From assembly GCA_001938485.1 (NCBI GenBank), contig MQRK01236352.1:1-64000 (forward strand): 64,000 bases of DNA. The letters run 5' to 3'. The position numbers were made by a program, and so were the translations under genes. This stretch comes from Girardia tigrina. Lineage: Eukaryota. Shown here piece after piece: positions 26,205 through 38,484 of the stretch. Under the pieces are notes generated by a model, which had not been told where the DNA came from, did no database searches, and saw nothing but the letters and a program-made list of their open reading frames with translations. Every line of letters starts with the position of its first letter. Within the stretch, counting starts at the first letter, position 1.

Positions 26205-26869
26205 GTAAGTTTTCTATTTAAAAATTGAGTGATTGTTGGGATTATTTTCCAATGTTTTTTAATGAAAGATATGAAACGTAAAGATATGGAATCTAACTAC
26301 TGTTTTAGGAAGCGATACAAGTCTTTGTCGAATTTTAAGCCCATTTCACAAGGGTTAAAATATAGTATTTTGGTGACATCCCTTTTCCAACATTCATTAA
26401 TATCGCACTTCAATGTTATCAATCCTCATGAAATCACTTGAGTTCGAATTCATGCGATTCCATATGTCATTATATCACCGGAATATGCAATTACAATGTC
26501 AGATTGATTTACATAAAATGACCCTATGGGATATTATTCAATATTACCTCAAAATAAAATATAATAATTATTTAATTTTTATTCGGTTATTGTAGCCACT
26601 CTGTATTCACAAATAAATTATATCAAACAACTAGTGTTTTTACAGATAGTTTTTGAATAAAAAAACTAATTTTATTTTAAGTTTATCAATTATTATAAAA
26701 CGTTTTTTTGAAACCAACTATAGATCCAGTTTTCATTATCTTTTAAAAATTTGCTTCATTGGTTCTGTTTGTTAGGTATCACATTAGAGTCTTAATTTTG
26801 TAAAACTTGTAAGAGCATTAAAACTTTACGAACATCTGGAGATCACACCTACTGACTTCAATAATTTTT

Positions 26870-26992
26870 TGTGGAGAAATAGCAATCGGAAGTAAATATG
26901 ATTGTCCTACTGGATTAATTAATTGCGGGAACTTTGAGTCGGTGGATTTTCATTCGGGAAAATAAATCTTTGCAATCAGCTTTGACTTAACA
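26870..26992 (+). repeat. 5' LTR (123 bp)
   Basis: TGTGGAGAAAT...GACTTAACA; 16 mismatches against the 3' LTR by manual alignment. Confidence 0.93.
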
Positions 26993-27727
26993 AGCTATCG
27001 CGACAATGAACCGGATTAAATTTACGGATGCAGTCCGAACATATGATGTAGCGATTTGGTGTCGCAAGTTCGAAACCGTAGTGGAGGTCTGTGACATCGA
27101 CAAAGTGGCGGCGCTACCGATGCTCTTGGACGGGCGCACGTTTGACCTTTCTTCGGGTTTGACAAGCGAGGACCAGCGGAGCTATAATACGGTAAAGGCC
27201 GCATTATCAGAAGCATTCGGGCCCGATCCGCAAGAGGCGTTCGAGCAATTTAGATCGCTATCTATTCAATCGGGTGAATCGATCGAGGAGTATATGTCGT
27301 CCCTGCGGAAGCTAGCGACCGTCATCTGCATAGGGTAGGAGCCACAGGAATATTTTTTACGCTAAGCATTTCTTGCTGGACTGCCGACAGAAGTGTCGAA
27401 ACATCTTTTGTCGGAGACGGGGAAGGAAAACAATCCATTACGAGACCTGATCCCAATGGCGCAGTCACTTCTTCGCATCAACATGAGAACAGAGAAGGCG
27501 GTCGAACCACCAAGCGGGGGAGTGGTGGCATCAGCGTCGAACGTCAAGTACGGCGTTAATCAGAGACAGTGTTTTAGATGCAACCGGTGTGGTCATCTAC
27601 AACGGGACTGCAGGGCGTCACTAGAAGTGAAGGAGGGTCCATCACCAGTTTCAAAATTCAGAGTGTGCTTCATCAGCGGCGCACCGGATAACTTTTGCAC
27701 CGCCTGTCAACAACGGAATCGAAAGTC

Positions 27728-27766
27728 GGGAAAAGATCAACCCTCTACGCAGGGAGGGTACCTGTG
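27728..27766 (+). promoter_or_regulatory. -1 ribosomal frameshift signal at the gag/pol junction
   Basis: In-frame G GGA AAA heptamer, 6-nt spacer, stem CCCTCT/GGAGGG, loop CGCAG able to pair with downstream CTGTG. Confidence 0.65.
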
Positions 27767-30700
27767 AAAGTCGATGCGCAGTTACCCGTGTCATCGTCCA
27801 AGTCTGAGGAAAGATGGTGAGAGGACTCGTCGACATGGGGTGTTCCGTAACCATGATGGAACAGCGGCTGATGTGACCGGATCAGATTCAAAGTGTATCC
27901 GAAAAACTGCAAACGGTATTCGGTCAAGCAGTAGTGACACACGGGGCATGGGTGGAGATTGAAGTGTCAGGGAAGGTTTTAAAGTGCTGGGTTTTGTTGG
28001 CTAAAAGTTTGCAGTCGATTGGAGTGGAGTTGATCCTAAGAATGGATACAATCGCCTCAATAGGAGGGGTGAATGTGGGTGCTACAGGAGGAGGAATCAG
28101 ATTCGGCGCTGGTACAGTGAATGGATTGCAATAAGCACAGTGGGAGTCAGTAGGCAGTCATAGAGCACCGCCCGCGGCCGCTGCTGCAGCGCCAGTGAGC
28201 GACTAGTTAGATCAACCGGGGATCCAGACTAGTGCATTGAAGGGCGCTGCACCAACTTGTATCGTCGATCAGGATTTCACGGCAGTGTTCGATGGATCAT
28301 TTTGGTCTGTTACTTGGCAACGGAAAGATGGGCGAGCGCCGCCAGTTCGCAACAGTGTGTCGGAGTATAAATCCACCCGTGCGCATGAATTAGAAGTCGA
28401 TGCCGAACTCGAATAATGGAAAGCGAAAGGATGGATGGTGGAATGTGAAAGACACCAGCAGTCGACACTGCCCCTTATGGCAGTATTTCAAGAAGTAAAG
28501 GCGAAGGTTCGACCAGTCCTCGACTAACGAGAGTTCAACGAGTCGATCTCAAGTCATATGGCTTAGATCCTGGTGTGCGCTGAAAAGTTGAAAAAATGGC
28601 GCAGAATGGGACGAAACCTGGTCATTGTGGATCTGCAGCAGGCTTATCTACAAATCAAGGTCAGCCAATCCTTGTGGGCTTACCAGGTGGTACAAAATCT
28701 GAATAGATCTTATTATATAACCATGTTCAAGTTCAGGTTGAGTGTAGCCCCAAAAATAATGCAGAAAATTCTATCACACGTGTTGGTGTCAGATCCGGTG
28801 GTGCAGGCGAACACAGACACCTACTACGATGACATCGCAGTTAATGTCGCCGAAATTCCAGTAAATGGAGTTCTAAAAGTGTTGCAGTGCTTCGAATTAG
28901 AGTCGAAAGATCCAGTTCCCATAAACGGCGATCGAGTGTTGGGTCTCTCGGTTAAGGTGGACGAAGGCGGTGGCGCCGTGACGGAGAAATTCCAGCACTG
29001 CCAGAGCAAGTCACTCGCCGCAATTTATTCGCGTGGACCGGTTGGTTGGTGAGACATTACCGGGTCTGTGGTTGGTTAAGGCTGGCGTGCAGCATCATCA
29101 AAAGGATGGCCAGTGATTGTGGATGGGACACGATCGTGGAACCTCAAATTGTGGAAATAACTCGGCAGTTGGCGCACCGGCTCCAAACGGAAGATCCGGC
29201 CAAGGGCGAATGGGAGGTGCTGTAAATCGATAAAGGGCGCGTATGGAGCTACGCAAGCTCGATCGCGGTCGGTATATGCGTCGAAATAGGCGGCGTCGTC
29301 GTCGAGGATGATTGTTGTTTGCGTCAAAAATACGACACTAACCACATCAATTTAGCTGAGTTGGACGCCGCACTCAAAGAGGGAGTCAAATGAGGAGTTC
29401 GGGAATTGGAATTATTAACCGACTCAGCAACAGTCACCAAATGGCTTTCATCGGTACTGTCGGGACGCGAACCGATTAGAACTCAGGCACTCAGTGAGAT
29501 TCTAATTTGGCGACGGGTGAGCCTTTTTAAACAAGTCTTCGAGGAAGAGAAACTGAAAGTCACCATAACACTGGTCCGACCAGAAGAAAACAAAGCGGAC
29601 GAGTTGACTCGAGTTCCATCCAGCTGGTGGAGGTTCACGAGAAACCCTGCGGTGGTAGCAGCAGTAACTGTCAGAGGTCAATGGGAATCAGTGGATGGTC
29701 TTAAGCAACTCCACGAGATGCATCATTTCTGAGTGAGAAGATTGATCTTCCTAGCAAGAAAAATACTGGGTCCAGGCAAGGTGTCAGAAGACTAAATCAG
29801 AGCAGTGATTCAGGAATGCGAGCAGTGTGCATCAATCGACTCATCGCCAATTCATTTAGAGAAAGGTGATCATGGGGTAAGGAAATCGTGAACCTGAGTT
29901 GCTGTGGATGTAACACACGTTGGGGCGACCAAATTTCTGACCATAGTGAACTGTGGCCCGGGTGATTAATGATATGGCTCCAAATAGTAACGGAGAGTGA
30001 AGTGGATATCTGTTCCGCAATGAACAGCGTCTGGAACAAATTTGGTCCACCAGAGGAAGTAGTTCTTGATAACTATTGCACTTTCAAGGGGTAGGGCGTA
30101 TTGAGATTGCTAGAACGAGTGGGTATTGAAGCTCATTTCAGATGCGTTAACCGTCCGAGTGGAAATGGAATTGTGTAACGCGGCCAAATTACTATTAAAC
30201 GAATGGTGGCTCGGAGTAACAGGCCGTTGGGTGAGATGGTTGCGTGGTATAATGCAACGCCAAACGCAAGTAGCGTCATTCCAGCCTCGACCATCTTTGC
30301 TCGCCGACGAAGGCTATTATTGCCGAAGGCATTCAACCTCACTAACATGAGTTGGAGTAGAGAAATACGAACTAAGGTATTTCGAATCGGATATGAAGTA
30401 TTTGTGAAACCGGCACCACCGTATTCGTGCATGTCATAGTGGAGACGCGCAACCATTACCGGATTGCACTTGCCACATCAAGTGGAAGTCAACGGCAGAC
30501 CCTACCACGTAAGTTACGTGCGGTTGGCCCCACCCGCGGCGATCAGTGATGATGTCGGATGAACCGAGATCAGGAATACGGGCGATCCACGCGTGATTAG
30601 TGAAAGTAGCGATCGAGACGGGCCACAAGCCGTCGAATGCAAGTTAGAAGAGCGAGTAGAGTCTCCGGTGGAGCGGTCAAAAAGAGCTATTCACCGTCCA

Positions 30701-30804
30701 GCGAGATTCGAGGAATTCGTCTGTACGGGAATTCAAGCCAGTGTCGGTGATCGGACCCCCCCTGCCCAAGCGGTGTCTACTTGTGTACCTTGAGGGCAGG
30801 GGCG

Positions 30805-30927
30805 TGTGGAGAAATAGCAATCCGAATTAAATACGATTGTTTTACCGGATTAATTAATTGTGGGAACTTTGAGCCGGTTGGTTTTCGTTCAGAAAAATAA
30901 ATCTTTGTCATCAGCTTTGACTTATCA
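30805..30927 (+). repeat. 3' LTR (123 bp)
   Basis: TGTGGAGAAAT...GACTTATCA directly after the polypurine tract. Confidence 0.93.
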
Positions 30928-31044
30928 TTATTTTCAAATCCAAACAAATTTTTTAATTTTATTAATAGTTAATAATAATACAATGCAAATACTACAAAAT
31001 ACAAGTAATAATACAAATTTGTTGATAATTTACCAATAAAAAAT

Positions 31045-32140
31045 ATATGTCATTCATCAAAGTATGTACTCAAATTATCGACACACTTTTCCCATTTCAG
31101 CGGCAGCTTGTTGAGGCCATTTGAATAAAAATTTAGTGGTTGATAATCTCTAAATTCCTGAAAAGTCGTTTATACGGCATCTTCGAAATAGAATTTTGTC
31201 CTATGAAAAAGTTGTTTAAATTGAGAAATAAATGGTAGTCAGTTGGGACTAGGTATGGTTGGTATGGAAAATGATGATGCAGAAATTCAAACCTGATCAA
31301 TCAAAGAAATTCAAAGTTTTTTTTCCATTGTCGTGGAGTAAGATGGGAGTGAACTTGTTTACAAAACGCGGCTGTTTTTCTTTGGGTTTCGGCACCATTC
31401 CATCCAATTGGTTGCAGTAGACATCTGCAGTGATCGACGAAGAAGGATTCATGAAGTCATAGTGGATTACATTTGCAGTTGACCTCCAAACACTAAATAC
31501 ATGTTTTGATGAATTCTGTGCTTTGAACTGTGTTTTGGTGTCTCATTTGTGACCACAAAGCTTGCTAAACGTTAGTAATTATCACATTGGATCAAATTTT
31601 CATCACAAGGTACGATTCCATTAATAAATGAGCATTAAAAGAAAGATTCCATTAAAAATGAAATTTATAATGAGAAGGCATCGTCAAGAAATCACCTAAA
31701 CGCTTTTTTTCTGCTTTTCGTTCAACTCATGTGGAATCCCCTTATCTAACTTTTTCACTTTACAAATTTGAGCCAAGTTATGCAATGTTGTTTGCTTTGT
31801 AATAGCAAACACTAGCGATAAATCATGAGCACTTTGTGAAGAATTCGACTCAACGGTTACCTTCAGTTTGTCATTGTCAACCTGCGTTCTTGAGTGACCT
31901 CGAAACTCATTACTGAGGTTTAAATTATCTTTCATTAATTTCCTGAACCAATATGAGACTGTTTACTGTGTAGTAGCATTGTACTCAAATATACTATTGA
32001 TGTTTTACATGGTTTCAGATGGTGAGCTTCAACGTAGGAGCTCGTACTTCATAATATTTCGAATTTCAGATTTTTCCATTTTTAAAATACGGATTATGAA
32101 AACAAGTTATCAATAATTTAAAATATTTTTTTTGATGTGT
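31045..32140 (-). mobile_element. near full-length decayed mariner (family A)
   Basis: Start MEKSEIRNIMKYELLR at 32079; GIPHELNE; catalytic-region remnants including PTDYHLF; nucleotide similarity to 6700-7200. Confidence 0.88.
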
Positions 32141-32229
32141 TCAATATAGCAAGATATATACTAATCGTAAAACAAAACTGAGAAACAAAATGTTAAGTTA
32201 TTGTCAAATTGTAACTATTTGAATTTATT

Positions 32230-33354
32230 GTGTTATTTTTAACGGCCATTCTTCATACTTTTTACAACTGCAAGGAAGTTTTTAAGTTTTTAGAAGTGAA
32301 AGGCAAATTGAAAAAAGTGAGAGCAACAGCACGGAGATATTTGAAGAAATGGACATGTGAATCGCATCAAGTTTGGCTTAACGGTATCATAGTTGATATT
32401 TTGAAAATATTTCGTCATTTGCAAAAGCAGCAACAGCGTGACGACCTGATTCTACCAGAGATAATAAGCAGTAGACATTCGGCACTACAGCCCCAGGAAA
32501 CAGAGACTCATTTTAAGAGCTGTTAATACGAATATGCCAAATACAATAAATCAGGATGCGGAGAGCCTTGAAATTGTATAATCAGCACAGAATTATCTTG
32601 GAGAGCGGTTTGATGTGTAACAAGAAGTAGTACAGGACATATTAACTCTTTTGCACACAGCAGAACTCGAAACATTTATTAATGCAGGAGTCAAAATAAC
32701 ATGACATTCGTTTTCAGAAGAAATCCAATGCTTTGCAGATGATTGTACTGAGTAATTGCCAATAAATGCTTTACCCTAATTCAAGTTGAAATACTTCCTA
32801 CAGCGCTAAATGGCGTACTTTTGAAAGTAATATCGTCTTCGGTAACATTCACTCCTCACAGCATGCTTCTTGAGAGGCTTGATTCTTTTTACAACTTGTA
32901 CGTTTCAGTCCATCGCACGAGCATCTCAGCTGAGACAGCGAACTCTTGCATGAATGAATTGAAAGGGGACCTGCAACTTTGATCCTCACAGTGTTGTGGT
33001 AGAATTCTTGTGGGTGAAAGAAAGACGATAAAGAAACCCAACCTTGATACTTCTTCAGAAAGTGACTTTGTTACGAATTCTTTTTTAAAAGTAACATATG
33101 TTGAAGTATTATGTAATATAATTCGTATTGGACTGTTTGTAAAATGTTATGGGTAGGGTCACTCGTGTATTTTCTTCATTAAAATCTGAGAACAATTGAT
33201 AAAAAATTGTTTGAAATTGGAAAATCCATTATAAAAAACAAGGAAAAATAAATATTTTCATCCGAGATTAAAAGTTACCGAATTTCGGTACATGACCATT
33301 TTATATTGCTTGTGCCCCCCCCTCCCATTGAAAATATCTTAAAAAAAGGCCCTG
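32230..33354 (+). mobile_element. DNA transposon relic (hAT-like, KIAA1586-type C-terminus)
   Basis: DILKIFRHLQKQQQRDDLIL and PHSMLLERLDSFYN..HRTSIS; ends GGCCCTG (CAGGGCC-type terminus) after a poly-C subterminal tract. Confidence 0.45.
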
Positions 33355-34302
33355 GTGTTGATGGCACAACAATTTCGCATAAGTTGAAAATTAAGGATTT
33401 TTTGAATTTCTAACAAACAGAAATTATAATTTTCTTTCAAAATGATTTTGCATAATAACGGATGGAAGAATTCGAACTATTGAAATTCATGCTGTTTCCA
33501 TCATCCCTGATGTCACAGTTACATTTATTTAGATATTCGTTTATTAAATTAATCTATTTCACGTTTTTAACTTCAAAATTCATTTTATCAACGTAAATTA
33601 AAAGTTTTTAAATTCTTAAGATAAAATATTTAATTTAAATTTCTTTTGAAATTCATTATTTAAAAATACTTAAAAGTACACTTATATTACAAAATTTTAC
33701 ATACTTTATGTTTTAATTTATTTGTAAAATTATTCATTAAATTGTAAAAACTCCATAATGCAAATTTCTAAAATGCCTTTAATTAAAACTTTAAATGTGT
33801 CAATTTACATTTTTAAAAAACAATACTTACTGTAGTAACCTAATGTTACTATATATAATAATTATTATTGATTCAATAATTTGACTCATTAAAATATGAA
33901 AAAATAATCAGATGATTGAAATTATTCGTACTTTCTTTGTAAATTCAGTCATAACATACAGATTACGTCAAATTCATCGCTTATAATATCATGGATTATT
34001 TTTCACGACATTCTCAATATTCTTCGTGACCCGCGTGACAATGAGAATGACATTCACCGTCAAATACCGCCATCTCATCGGACAACAGCCGCTCAAATTG
34101 CAATTATTTGGATTCTTGAACTGTGTCGCGATATTTGCAATGCCGATGTTGGCAGTTTTGATAATGCTGATTAAAGTGCAGCGATTTCAAACTTGGTATA
34201 ATTTTCGGGTGCAAGCTATCGCAAAAATACAAATAACATTTCTATTTGGCCTCCCATCTCTTTCGAATGGTATTGAGCCTTTAGGCTCTTTAGAGGATCC
34301 AC

Positions 34303-35085
34303 CTAAACTAAAGAATCACTAGCAGCCCCCCGATAGGCCTCAAACGGGGTTGGATAGTTTCGGTCTCCGAGATCTTTTCGGCTTCCCTGTGAGAAACGAC
34401 CACCCATTGATTGTATAGCCATGGTTCTGCATACCTTTGGCTGTATTCGTGGACTTCGTACAGCCGCGAAAAGGACATCTGCACTCCCCCCTGCAGTTAG
34501 ATCTGCAATCCTAAAAGTCAGATGTGTTTCTTCAGTACCTATCGCTTCCTCCACCGCCATCGAGATAGTCGGGGGGTCCGTCACGGATTGAATCTGGTTG
34601 CCTGAAATGTTGAGGTTTTCTACGACTCTTTCTGTGGTTGTACTGGTTTGCGCTGGTGTCATTGTCGGTTCTCCAATTTCTTCTGACTCCTCCAATTTAT
34701 GATCCCGGTAGAGGTGCCTGGTCAGCCACCCCTTCGTTTTGTACGACTTTTTGCATAGTGTACATGGGAATGGCAATTGCTGTTGTTGTATCTCATTGAG
34801 CTGATCAGGATTAGCGGAAGTNGACACCGCGTGGTCCATTTTCATGTGTCTGTTCAGCTCCTTCTTTTCGGCAAACTCCTTGTAGCATCTTTCTACTGGA
34901 CATTGGTGACGTTTGTCTCTCTCGTTGATCAGCTTCGGTACAGTTGTTCTTGTCATATTGAGTCTTTCTGATCGAATTAAGGAGTTTATGTATGTTTCCC
35001 TCGATACAGTAGGATCTCTGTGATTGATGCGGTTAATAAAATCTCCATACACCGTATCATCCCCAAATAGCCACTGTGTGTCCAC
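34303..35085 (-). CDS. intronless ORF with two C2H2 zinc fingers, probably TE-derived
   Basis: CPVERCYKEFAEKKELNRHMKMDH and CTLCKKSYKTKGWLTRHLYRDH in a GC-elevated island; no RT visible. Confidence 0.55.
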   Translation of the reverse strand: MDTQWLFGDDTVYGDFINRINHRDPTVSRETYINSLIRSERLNMTRTTVPKLINERDKRHQCPVERCYKEFAEKKELNRHMKMDHAVXTSANPDQLNEIQQQQLPFPCTLCKKSYKTKGWLTRHLYRDHKLEESEEIGEPTMTPAQTSTTTERVVENLNISGNQIQSVTDPPTISMAVEEAIGTEETHLTFRIADLTAGGSADVLFAAVRSPRIQPKVCRTMAIQSMGGRFSQGSRKDLGDRNYPTPFEAYRGAASDSLV

Positions 35086-36120
35086 TCGAAGATATTCCGA
35101 AATTAAACATTTCTATTAATCCTTTCAACACTAACTATTCGAAAGTACGATTATTCAAATGGCAACTTCAACTGTAGCTTACAGTGTAGAACATTAAAAT
35201 AAAGTCAAAGAATTAATTGATAATTGTCAACAACAGGGCTTGAAGTGACATCATGTGCCGAAATAATATAATTCTAAGGTTACAATTCAGTGCTTAAATA
35301 TTCTGAACCAGCCGATGTCTGCTGATTTCGGTCGCATTGAGAAAATACACAAAACTGTTTTTTCAAAAATATTAGTCGTGACGAATCTAACCGGATCACT
35401 ATTCATTTGCCGGATTTTTTGGTTTAGCCGGAACTGGAAATTTGTTTCACTGGACACTCTCACCGACGAATTTTCATCAAACTACCGCACATAAACCACT
35501 TCCTTTGCGAGTTCACCCGACTAATGTTTGGTAACGGACTAAACGAGGAATTCAGTATTTGTACAATAAATCTCATGCGACAGTTTCTGCTCTCAAATTT
35601 GAACTTGTCTAGAAACATTTTTGTTGTTGATTAGGAATCCAAGAACGCAATCTATGTATTTATATATTGCCAAATTTGACAATTACTTATATTCATAACA
35701 ACCAGATGTTTATTGTGCTACCAATAAATATTGCTCATTTCTTAGTCTAATTATTCATTAAAGTTAATGGAAGAGGAAAATACTTATAAATTTCTTTAAT
35801 ACACTTTTTTTCTTTCTTTCTTTTCTTTTTTTACACTTACATATAAAATTGATTCCAACCAATTACTTAAAAGTAAATTTAATTTTTATCGGATTATTAA
35901 ATATTCCATTAATTTAAAAATGTCAATTCAGTTCAAATGATCAGTTATCACAAATACAATGAAACACCAATTTTCCAACCGAGTGAGGGAATCACAATTC
36001 AAAGTTCAATACACTCAAATCAACACATAATACACAATTTAAAATATTCATCACAAATTCCATGATATTATTTTCTCTAATTCTTTATTTAAATTTCCTA
36101 ATTTCTTCCCATATTTCCAG

Positions 36121-36176
36121 GTACCCGACTTGCAGACGAAACGAACAAAGCTCTCCCAAATGATTGTCAATGTTGA
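36121..36176 (+). CDS. RAB3: Rab3 terminal coding exon 5
   Basis: Acceptor ATATTTCCAG|, phase 1 matches exon 4; GTRLADETNKALPNDCQC* ends in the CxC prenylation motif typical of Rab3; total CDS 645 nt. Confidence 0.92.
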
Positions 36177-36331
36177 TTTTAAATTATTAGCATGGTGTTG
36201 ACTTGCTTTCCTTTGATTATCCGAACACGAAATTAGCTGTGCAGGATCTTAGAGATTGATTTGAATGATACTATTACTATTATTATTATTATTCTTTTAT
36301 AATATTGCCAATAATTATATTATTAAATGTG

Positions 36332-36337
36332 AATAAA
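36332..36337 (+). terminator. candidate polyadenylation signal for Rab3
   Basis: First AATAAA seen ~155 nt after the stop codon; the AT-rich background makes this weak. Confidence 0.3.
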
Positions 36338-37284
36338 CATAATAGTTAATAAGCAAATATAAACAATTGCAATTAGATTTTAGACAGGTATTTATAAAAT
36401 GATAATCATTGCTGTTTTGTTATTTTCACGATTATTTGTATTACACTCGGTATTGATACAGGTATCGACATCGCGGTCGATAACCATTTGGTATTGGTAT
36501 GAATTGATTGGTATTATTGTGATAACACTGTCGATACTATCGTATAATTAATATTTTTATTATTTTTCGAAAAACAAACTATCTACGAATTGGAAAGTGC
36601 ATAATTCTTGTACAAAATTAATTTATGATTTATCGGAATGGGTGTTAGTCTTATCCTTGTAATCTATTTTGGCAGTTGATCTAGGAACAATTAGATAGAC
36701 CATTTGTTTAGTAGATGTTTGTAGAATATAAATTATTATTAAAGAATTTTATTTTTTGTTTATTATATTAATAAAGTTACTAATGTCCTGTTTCGATTTG
36801 AAAGTTTCTTGGGGATAATCACAAATTTAGCAATGTTAAACACGCAAAAAGAGTTGCGTTTAAGACATTTGGACGAGATAATCTGTAGATTTTTCTTTTA
36901 AATAATTTTAAATGCTTTTCGAATATATGTTTTTATCAATATCGTCTTCATCACGAATAATATACAAGATCACTGCTAGTAAGTCAAAAAATATATACAT
37001 CCTTTATGCGGGCAGAACTCTATTTGGCATACAGAATTTCTTTGTTATATTTTGTAGAAGGGAAAATTACTATTACATTTTTTAATAAATTAATTATGTT
37101 ATTAGTAACTATTTTAATCTTTTGTAGAAGGGAAAATTTCATACAAAAATTATAACAATTGCATTTTGCAATTAAATAGTTAATATTAACATAATAAATT
37201 TATTGCTGTTGTGTAAAGACCTGTATCTGTTGCCTTTTTGAATAATTCAGTTTTATAGCCTGCATTTTTTCTACTAAATTTCCA

Positions 37285-37332
37285 AATATTTCTGATGATG
37301 ATGTATGTAAGCATCGACACATTTCCAATAAT
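37285..37332 (+). ncRNA. degenerate hammerhead ribozyme
   Basis: TATTT-CTGATGA-T-GATG TATGTAAG CATC-GACA-CATT-TC-CAATA; GAAA is mutated to GACA. Confidence 0.45.
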
Positions 37333-37363
37333 TATATAAAAAGCTTTAGTAAAATTATATTTT

Positions 37364-37367
<4 letters not shown>

Positions 37368-37416
<49 letters not shown>

Positions 37417-37466
37417 NNNNNNNNNNNNNNNNNNNNNNNNNNNNNNNNNNNNNNNNNNNNNNNNNN

Positions 37467-37493
<27 letters not shown>
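37368..37493. repeat. (TA)n microsatellite spanning an N gap
   Basis: Directly visible; further (TA)n tracts at 55272-55316 and 55639-55675. Confidence 0.97.
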
Positions 37494-37497
<4 letters not shown>

Positions 37498-38484
37498 TGT
37501 GTGTGTTGATCTGCTTAAAAATCATTAGGCTTTCATTCATTCAGATCATTTGATATTCTATATTTTCATTTAATAATCCTCTACTTCATTTATGTTTACC
37601 CAATGTAAACATTTATTTTTGTAGCAAAACAAATATTAACTACAGATAACAGAATAAAACTGAATGATGCTTTGACATTTCCGTTTTCATGAAAATTATT
37701 AATAAAGAAAAGCGGAAATTTTTGAAAAATATTTAATAATTATTTTATGTTTTGTCTCAGTTATCGATGTTTGTCATTTCAATCGTTTGTCTCCAAACGT
37801 AATCACCTCTGAGACTGATATCTATCAAGCCAGTAACAATATAAAATTAAATAAAATAATATAAATGACATTGTAAAATAAAAAATAAATAAATTTATAA
37901 AATTCTAAATTTATTTTTAGTCGTTTTATTTTACATTTGAGTCACAACTTGTCATCTAATCTTTCCTTTCAGACGCATTCACTCGGTGAGTCTGAAGCAT
38001 CTGATAAATTTCGAAGACCTAGCAATCATTGAAGTAGTCACATGAAGATATATATTTTATATTTAATATTAAATTTAACTGACATTTTATATAAGAGTTA
38101 AAAGATAAGAAGAGTTATCTTATTATCAAAAGAAATATCATGAAATACAAAGTTCTAATTTTATTACAATGTTAAATAAAAATTCAGATTAATATAACAT
38201 GTCCAAAGTTTGCTAAACATTTTATCTTTTTATTCATTTATCTTTTTGATAGATGAAAAAAAATGAAGTCATATATGTTAAGAAAATTAAGATAATTTTT
38301 ATTAACATACTTATTATTATCCCATTTGGAGTCATTACAACTCTCAGAAGATCTTTCACTGATGGACATTGTAATAACATTGCCTTACCAATAAAAAATA
38401 ATCGATACACCTATTATTTATATACATCAAAAAATATATACGTATATAATGATATATAATTAAATAATATATAACTATCTATTC

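Larger units (their letters stand above)
26870..30927 (+). mobile_element. compact full-length LTR retrotransposon (gag-PR-RT-RH-IN order, Gypsy-like), decayed, in Rab3 intron 4
   Basis: 123-bp TG..CA LTRs; gag from 27006 with CFRCNRCGHLQRDC; PR GLVDMGCS; RT DLQQAYLQI and YYDDI; RH NHINLAELDA, LLTDS, ENKADELTR; IN HEMHHF..CxxC, DVTH, LDN, GNGIV; PPT GAGGGCAGGGGCG; many stops and frameshifts. Confidence 0.93.

Noticed and set aside
27022-30793. Numerous short alternative-frame and antisense ORFs inside the compact LTR element
   Set aside because: Expected by-products of higher GC content; the gag/pol frames explain the region.
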